The position numbers and the translations under genes are program-made. The notes below the pieces were generated by a model. The model was not told where the DNA came from, searched no databases, and saw nothing but the letters and a program-made list of their open reading frames with translations. A stretch of 63,850 nt of DNA, filler included, from Lama guanicoe (taxonomy: Eukaryota), in assembly GCA_013239625.1 (NCBI GenBank). It is 198 parts of 198 records of this genome, joined end to end, with 100 filler letters (N's around TTAATTAATTAA, not from the genome) between each part and the next. Parts side by side here need not be neighbours in the genome. Positions count along the whole stretch, not along the records: positions 60,075 to 60,297 come from PNXV01041470.1; positions 60,398 to 60,620 come from PNXV01041471.1; positions 60,721 to 60,943 come from PNXV01041472.1; positions 61,044 to 61,266 come from PNXV01041473.1; positions 61,367 to 61,589 come from PNXV01041474.1; positions 61,690 to 61,912 come from PNXV01041475.1; positions 62,013 to 62,235 come from PNXV01041476.1; positions 62,336 to 62,558 come from PNXV01041477.1; 190 more parts are not named here. The stretch is one strand, 5' to 3'. Each line of letters begins with the position of its first letter. Position 1 is the first letter of the stretch. Below, in pieces: positions 59,975 to 63,850 of the stretch.

Positions 59975-62658
59975 NNNNNNNNNNNNNNNNNNNNNNNNNN
60001 NNNNNNNNNNNNNNNNNNTTAATTAATTAANNNNNNNNNNNNNNNNNNNNNNNNNNNNNNNNNNNNNNNNNNNNATTAAAGTTCTTTGATTATTTCCCTG
60101 TAGGGCAGCATTAATGTGACACAGTAGGTAAAAGAAAAGCTTAAAAGAGACCCAAAGACTCACTACCTTTTTATTTTCTCAATAGATGTTAATATTGAGC
60201 AGCACGAAAAATATGCAACAGAGAGTTTTTCAGCCTGTACAACGAAGGTAGAGAAAATAGTCAAACAATGTTTACACTGTTGTTTTACCTGAAAGTCNNN
60301 NNNNNNNNNNNNNNNNNNNNNNNNNNNNNNNNNNNNNNNNNTTAATTAATTAANNNNNNNNNNNNNNNNNNNNNNNNNNNNNNNNNNNNNNNNNNNNGAT
60401 TGTTTCCACCCTTTTGGCTATTGTGAATAATGCTCCTCTGAACTTTGGTTTATGAAGTTCATTTGTTTTTAAAAGTGCCACCTAGAATCCAGCCCACTGC
60501 CACCCACCATTTCACCAGTGAAGGAGTTCCAGCCTCTCTCCCCTGTGTAGCCTCAGGAGTTCCCACCCCCTCATCACCTGGACCAAGGTAGGTGAAGCCT
60601 GTTACCATAAAGGTAACAAGNNNNNNNNNNNNNNNNNNNNNNNNNNNNNNNNNNNNNNNNNNNNTTAATTAATTAANNNNNNNNNNNNNNNNNNNNNNNN
60701 NNNNNNNNNNNNNNNNNNNNAAAAAAATATACTTATTGTTGCATAAGTTGGAAGCTAATAGTCCATTGTTACGCTGAAATATATAAATAATTGCATTCCT
60801 TACAAAAATCATGAAGACTTTCAGGGACTCACTCTTTGTATCCCCTAGTGTTATATGTAATAGCGTCAGTACGTTCATAATGTACCATAATCCCTTATTC
60901 ATATTCAGCAGGTTATGCTTTGGTTTATTAATAAAAATACCAANNNNNNNNNNNNNNNNNNNNNNNNNNNNNNNNNNNNNNNNNNNNTTAATTAATTAAN
61001 NNNNNNNNNNNNNNNNNNNNNNNNNNNNNNNNNNNNNNNNNNNCACCTTGCCTGAGACCATCCCCTAAGCAGTGGCTGGTGGGGGTCCACGTTTGCCCCC
61101 CAGAGCCTATTCCCTGAATCCTTGAGCCCCACTGTGGAGTCCTCCTCTGGGTGTTGGGGCGTGCACGGTGGGGAAGGGGGGAATGTCATGCATATAGTTA
61201 AAAAAAAAAACACCCAAAAAACAAACTTCAGTGTTCCCAATAAACCCAACCTCACAGAAACCCTCANNNNNNNNNNNNNNNNNNNNNNNNNNNNNNNNNN
61301 NNNNNNNNNNTTAATTAATTAANNNNNNNNNNNNNNNNNNNNNNNNNNNNNNNNNNNNNNNNNNNNAACCCTGATTAAAATAAGCATTTGGAAGTAGGAG
61401 AAAGAATATTTCCTTGGTGTGACGGAGCATCCATTTTAGAACAATAACCCACACCGCACTTACAGTGAAACACCTGATCAAGATCAGGAATGAGATAGAA
61501 ATCTTAATATCACCTCTGAGATTTCACGCCTTATTGGAAGGGCTAATCCATGCAACACACGAAAAAGAAATGAGAAAGGAGCCAGCAAANNNNNNNNNNN
61601 NNNNNNNNNNNNNNNNNNNNNNNNNNNNNNNNNTTAATTAATTAANNNNNNNNNNNNNNNNNNNNNNNNNNNNNNNNNNNNNNNNNNNNGCAGCGCAGCA
61701 GCTGTCACTGTGCTGACCCTGCAGTTGCTTCTACAGATGTAATCCCTTGTTCAAGGCAGACGTTTCCTCCACGTCCTGGGAGAGGAGGTGGGTGAGCAGG
61801 CAGATAGGAAAACCTGCTCAGGGCCTGAGATGGGTGCTGGCCCAGGGCATTTGTCCTGTTTATTTGCTGGATAAGCTGTCACAGTTTTTTGGTGAATTTC
61901 CATTAAAATATGNNNNNNNNNNNNNNNNNNNNNNNNNNNNNNNNNNNNNNNNNNNNTTAATTAATTAANNNNNNNNNNNNNNNNNNNNNNNNNNNNNNNN
62001 NNNNNNNNNNNNATAACCTGAGGGATTCAATCCCTAAAAACTCAAAGAATGGAGAACTTTCAGAAACCACTCTCTCCTTATCTCTACTTAAGTAGTGACA
62101 AGTTGGAAAAAAGTTCCTTAATACTAATAGGAAATATCTCCTTATGGAAATGGCTTTACATCAAGCCTCTGCAGCGGCTTTTGGATGGACCCAGAGAAGC
62201 ACGGATGCCAGAGGAAGGCAAGAGACACCTGACAGNNNNNNNNNNNNNNNNNNNNNNNNNNNNNNNNNNNNNNNNNNNNTTAATTAATTAANNNNNNNNN
62301 NNNNNNNNNNNNNNNNNNNNNNNNNNNNNNNNNNNGCAGCCGCATGCAAAGTGGCCATCATGTAGGTGATTTATTCCTTGCTGACGGCTGTTCTGGTTAG
62401 TGTAGCCTGAAGGAAAATGAATCTGTAAACCTGGAAATGACCACGGGCCCTGAGTATTCTGTCTAACTGCCTACGTGGGTCTAAAAACCTAGCAGCATAT
62501 TGGATTCTGTTAAATGCCTACCCTCTCAGGCTTTTCTCTGTTCTTCTTGGAAGGGACTNNNNNNNNNNNNNNNNNNNNNNNNNNNNNNNNNNNNNNNNNN
62601 NNTTAATTAATTAANNNNNNNNNNNNNNNNNNNNNNNNNNNNNNNNNNNNNNNNNNNN

Positions 62659-62881
62659 TAAATATATTTCTAAGTATTTTATTGTTTTTGCTGCTATTGT
62701 GAGGTTGTTTTCTTTATTTCTTTCTTAAATAGTGCATTGTTAGTATATAGAAATGTAACTGATTTTTGCATGTTGATTTTATATCCTGCAATAAAAAAAA
62801 TAAATTTTTTTATTAGTCCTAATAGTTTTGAGGTGGACTCTTCAGGGTTTTCTATATACAAGGTCATATCTGCAAACAGAG
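62659..62881 (-). mobile_element. L1 ORF2 reverse-transcriptase fragment
   Basis: GTATATAGAAATGTAACTGATTTTTG...GTCATATCTGCAAACAGAG; the antisense end reads SLFADM, a degenerate form of the L1 RT LFADDM motif. Confidence 0.9.
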
Positions 62882-63627
62882 NNNNNNNNNNNNNNNNNNN
62901 NNNNNNNNNNNNNNNNNNNNNNNNNTTAATTAATTAANNNNNNNNNNNNNNNNNNNNNNNNNNNNNNNNNNNNNNNNNNNNATTGCCTTGGCAACACGAG
63001 ATATCCAAATGCTTCCTTTTGTGTTCTTCTTGTGTCTAGACACAACTTCTGTTTGCTGTTTTGTTGTTGTTGTTTCTTTTTTTTTTTGATTTGTTGATCA
63101 TAGCTAGAATGCACCCACCTCTGTGGAGAATGTGATCTAAGTTTTCTGCCACTACGTATAAAGATTCTTGCTAGTGGTTTCTTCGAACCACTTGAAATAT
63201 TTTANNNNNNNNNNNNNNNNNNNNNNNNNNNNNNNNNNNNNNNNNNNNTTAATTAATTAANNNNNNNNNNNNNNNNNNNNNNNNNNNNNNNNNNNNNNNN
63301 NNNNCTTAGGTCCAAATTTGAAAAATTTCCAAGTAATTTGTTATGTTTGTTTCCATATCTCTACAAACACTGCTTCTTCTTCTTTTATGTATTACCTTTT
63401 TTTTTTTTCAGTTTTTCCCTTGTCAGAATGAGGGAGAACTAGTAACAGTAACAGCAACCCACTCTGGTTTTTCTATTTTTCTTTTTTCAACTGAGATCCT
63501 AAAATGTTCAATTTCCTATCTGTCTGTNNNNNNNNNNNNNNNNNNNNNNNNNNNNNNNNNNNNNNNNNNNNTTAATTAATTAANNNNNNNNNNNNNNNNN
63601 NNNNNNNNNNNNNNNNNNNNNNNNNNN

Positions 63628-63800
63628 GTTTTCAAATTTTAACTTTTAAAATTATTTGTTCTCATTCTGGGGAAAAGGCCATTGGTACTTTAATATAGAT
63701 TGCACTGACTCTGTAGATTGCCTTGTGTAGTATGGTCACTTGAATAATATTAATTTTCCAATCCAAGAACACAGTATATTTTCCATCTGTTTGGTCATCA
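63628..63800 (-). mobile_element. L1 ORF2 fragment
   Basis: GATTGCACTGACTCTGTAGATTGCCTTG...TTCCAATCCAAGAACACAGTATATTTTCCATCTGTTTG. Confidence 0.85.
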
Positions 63801-63850
63801 CATCGACATTTTCCTGGATGATTTCTTGTATTCCATCACCTTGATCATTT

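Larger units (their letters stand above)
224..63627. other. 197 synthetic contig-joining linkers N44-TTAATTAATTAA-N44 at ~323-bp period (first at 224-323, last at 63528-63627)
   Basis: Identical 12-mer flanked by 44 N on each side between every ~223-bp block. The 12-mer is palindromic with TAA at offsets 2, 6 and 10, giving stops in all six frames. Confidence 0.99.

Noticed and set aside
595..63579. Most ORF-track entries, including the apparent shared C-terminal motif XXX-LIN or XXX-N
   Set aside because: They pass the 60-aa cutoff largely by reading through Ns, and LIN/N is the translated linker. At uniform composition (61/64)^74 is about 0.03, so tens of the ~1190 contig frames are expected to be open by chance.
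224..63627. Regular repeat-spacer architecture resembling a CRISPR array or programmed DNA-rearrangement cassette
   Set aside because: The repeat is a 12-nt six-frame stop embedded in exactly 44+44 Ns, and the 'spacers' are ordinary mammalian genomic fragments. There are no cas genes or leader. It is a synthetic linker.

Overview
This window is not contiguous genomic DNA. It is an artificial concatemer of 198 tiny unplaced contigs (195 of 223 bp, plus 222 bp at 11952 and 30037 and 221 bp at 12274) joined by 197 identical 100-bp linkers, N44-TTAATTAATTAA-N44 (198x323-100-4 = 63850). The 12-mer is a palindrome with TAA in all six frames, so the ORF-track entries ending in XXX/LIN/N are linker artefacts. 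The DNA is placental-mammal nuclear sequence (L1, L2, MIR, MaLR, MER hAT elements). tRNA-derived SINEs resembling the camelid Vic-1 family suggest a camelid. One gene is recognisable: the start of the PIGR domain-2 exon. Six pairs of near-identical contigs each have exactly 49 identical bases at both ends, the signature of unmerged de Bruijn bubbles (K about 49). Two divergent copies of an unidentified, possibly satellite, repeat are also present, and four contigs tile an L1 5' UTR. I found no support for a novel biological system: neighbourhood between contigs is meaningless, and the CRISPR-like periodicity is synthetic. Repeat-family names are from recall of consensus sequences, not from searches.
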